1,065 nucleotides of DNA, from the sequence record OR846432.1; one strand, given 5' to 3'. The notes under the pieces are model-generated. The model was given only the letters and a program-made list of their open reading frames with translations. It did not search any database and was not told the DNA's origin. The DNA is from a phage. The translations under genes were made by a program, and so were the position numbers. Of the stretch, positions 1-1,065 are shown one piece after another (positions within the stretch are counted from its first letter, which is position 1; the number at the start of each line of letters is the position of its first letter).

Positions 1-1065
1 GGGGTACACAACTGTTCAGTGTGAGTCGTTGATTGAAGATATGATCGCGGGCGGGAATTTCAGCTGGCAGGCGTGCCATGAGATGTTTGCGCGTAAAGGG
101 CTTATGTTGCAGAAACAGCATCATGGTCTTGTGATTGTGGATGCGTTTAATCATGAGCTCACACCAGTGAAGGCCAGCAGTATCCACCCGGATTTGACGT
201 TATCCAGGGCTGAGCCGCAGGCAGGGCCATTTGAGATTGCAGGTGCAGATATATTTGAACGGGTGAAGCCTGAATGTCGCTACAATCCGGAACTTGCTGC
301 CAGCGATGAAGTGGAGCCCGGCTTCCGGCGCGATCCTGTACTGCGTCGTGAACGCCGTGAAGCCCGTGCAGCTGCGCGGGAAGATTTGCGCGCGCGTTAT
401 CTTGCATGGAAGGAGCACTGGCGTAAACCCGACTTACGTTACGGAGAACGGTTACGGGAAATTCATGCTGCCTGCCGTCGGCGCAAGGCGTATATCCGTG
501 TGCAGTTCCGGGATCCACAATTGCGTAAGCTGCATTACCATATTGCGGAAGTGCAGCGTATGCAGGCGCTGATCAGGCTGAAGGAGAGTGTGAAGGAAGA
601 GCGGTTGTCACTGATTGAGGAGGGTAAGTGGTATCCTTTGTCCTACCGGCAGTGGGTGGAGCAACAGGCGGTACAGGGAGACAGAGCTGCATTATCACAG
701 TTACGTGGCTGGGATTATCGTGATCGTCGCAAAGACAAGCGACGAACAACGAATGCCGACCGCTGCGTGATTCTCTGTGAACCGGGAGGAACTCCACTTT
801 ATGAAGACACTGGCGTTCTCGAAGCCCGTCTGCAGAAAGATGGCAGTGTGCGTTTTCGTGATCGGAGGAATGGCGAGTTAGTCTGTGTGGATTATGGGGA
901 CCGTGTGGTGTTCTACCATCATCAGGACAGAAATGAACTGGTGGATAAGCTGAATCTGATTGCTCCTGTATTGTTTGATCGTGAGCCAGGAATGGGTTTT
1001 GAACCGGAAGGCTCATATCAACAGTTTAATGATGTATTTGCGGAAATGGTGGCCTGGCATAATGC
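1..1065 (+). CDS. Internal fragment of a large conjugative relaxase-like protein (MOBP family, TraI/NikB-type), truncated by the window at both ends. Codon phase: first complete codon at 2-4, last at 1061-1063.
   Basis: Hand translation of + frame 2 gives 354 sense codons and no stop (GYTTVQCESLIEDMIAGGNFSWQACHEMFARKGLMLQKQHHGLVIVDAFNHELTPVKASSIHPDLTLSRAEPQAGPFEIAGAD...VFAEMVAWHN). An open frame this long is very unlikely by chance at roughly 50% GC. Leu is mostly CTG and Arg mostly CGT/CGC, as in enterobacterial coding DNA. The segment HEMFARKGLMLQKQHHGLVIVD...KASSIHPDL...GPF resembles, from memory, the region after the nickase core of IncP TraI-type relaxases (GL.L...G-hydrophobic-I-D/E...KAS..SRDL...GPF). 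No database search was possible. The coding call is strong; the product call is moderate. Confidence 0.75.

Noticed and set aside
41-43. In-frame ATG as a possible start of the main gene
   Set aside because: The frame is already open for 13 codons upstream to the window edge, there is no convincing Shine-Dalgarno sequence at the right spacing, and the relaxase-like motif placement implies the true start is several hundred bp upstream.
388-396. Alternating GCGCGCGCG run
   Set aside because: It is only 9 nt long and falls in frame as Arg-Ala-Arg codons, so it is a by-product of Arg/Ala-rich coding rather than a structural or regulatory element.
434-457. Short direct repeats TTACG TTACG and GTTACGG (438-444 and 451-457)
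   Set aside because: They are too short for a repeat element and are explained by repeated Leu-Arg codon pairs (LRYGERLRE) in the coding frame.
159-518. 119-aa and 72-aa - strand ORFs (159..518 and 200..418) from the ORF track
   Set aside because: Both are antisense to the long + frame and overlap each other in different frames. Their translations look random (Pro/Ala/Gln-rich, no motifs). Most likely shadow ORFs.
294-572. 92-aa + strand ORF in frame 3
   Set aside because: It is in the +1 frame relative to the 354-codon open frame and fully embedded in it. The translation is Cys/Val-rich with no motif and no obvious ribosome-binding site. A real overlapping gene cannot be excluded without ribosome profiling, but there is no positive evidence.
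155-835. Palindromic hexamers and restriction sites (SacI 155-160, PvuII 61-66 and 369-374, BamHI 511-516, BclI 570-575, PstI 830-835) and scattered GATC sites
   Set aside because: Their frequency is unremarkable for about 1 kb of roughly 50% GC DNA, with no clustering or symmetry suggesting a binding site or an engineered junction.
573-1016. 147-aa ORF on the - strand from the ORF track
   Set aside because: It lies entirely antisense to the continuous + strand frame. Its translation is low-complexity and rich in Pro/His/Ser with no recognisable motif. An Arg-rich sense strand commonly leaves its antisense frames open. No Shine-Dalgarno-like context noted.
1037-1063. Weak sigma70-like pair (TTTGCG ... 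CATAAT) as a possible internal promoter
   Set aside because: Both hexamers match the consensus poorly, the spacer is about 15 nt, and the site is inside coding sequence. Matches of this quality occur by chance at this length.
1-1065. Searched for CRISPR repeats, tRNA/rRNA-like structure, IS terminal inverted repeats and rho-independent terminators
   Set aside because: No repeat-spacer periodicity, no GC-rich hairpin followed by a T-run, and no long inverted repeats were seen. The continuous coding frame leaves no intergenic space in this window.

Overview
The whole 1065-nt window appears to be an internal slice of a single long protein-coding gene on the + strand. Reading from position 2, there are 354 consecutive sense codons with no stop, and no start or end of the gene is visible in the window. 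The ORF track does not list this frame, presumably because it contains no in-window ATG-to-stop pair; the four ORFs it does list all overlap this frame and I judge them to be shadow ORFs. My best call for the product is a MOBP-family conjugative relaxase (IncP TraI / IncI NikB type), covering the region just after the catalytic nickase core, an arginine-rich probably helical segment, and the start of an uncharacterised C-terminal region. That call rests on a motif pattern recalled from memory, not a database search, so it is moderate confidence. I see no rRNA, tRNA, CRISPR array, IS-element ends or convincing regulatory sites. The window most likely sits inside the transfer/mobilisation region of a plasmid or integrative element, with GC content and codon usage that look enterobacterial by eye. 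Nothing here amounts to a complete novel system; the most useful follow-ups are confirming the relaxase identity and characterising the C-terminal region.
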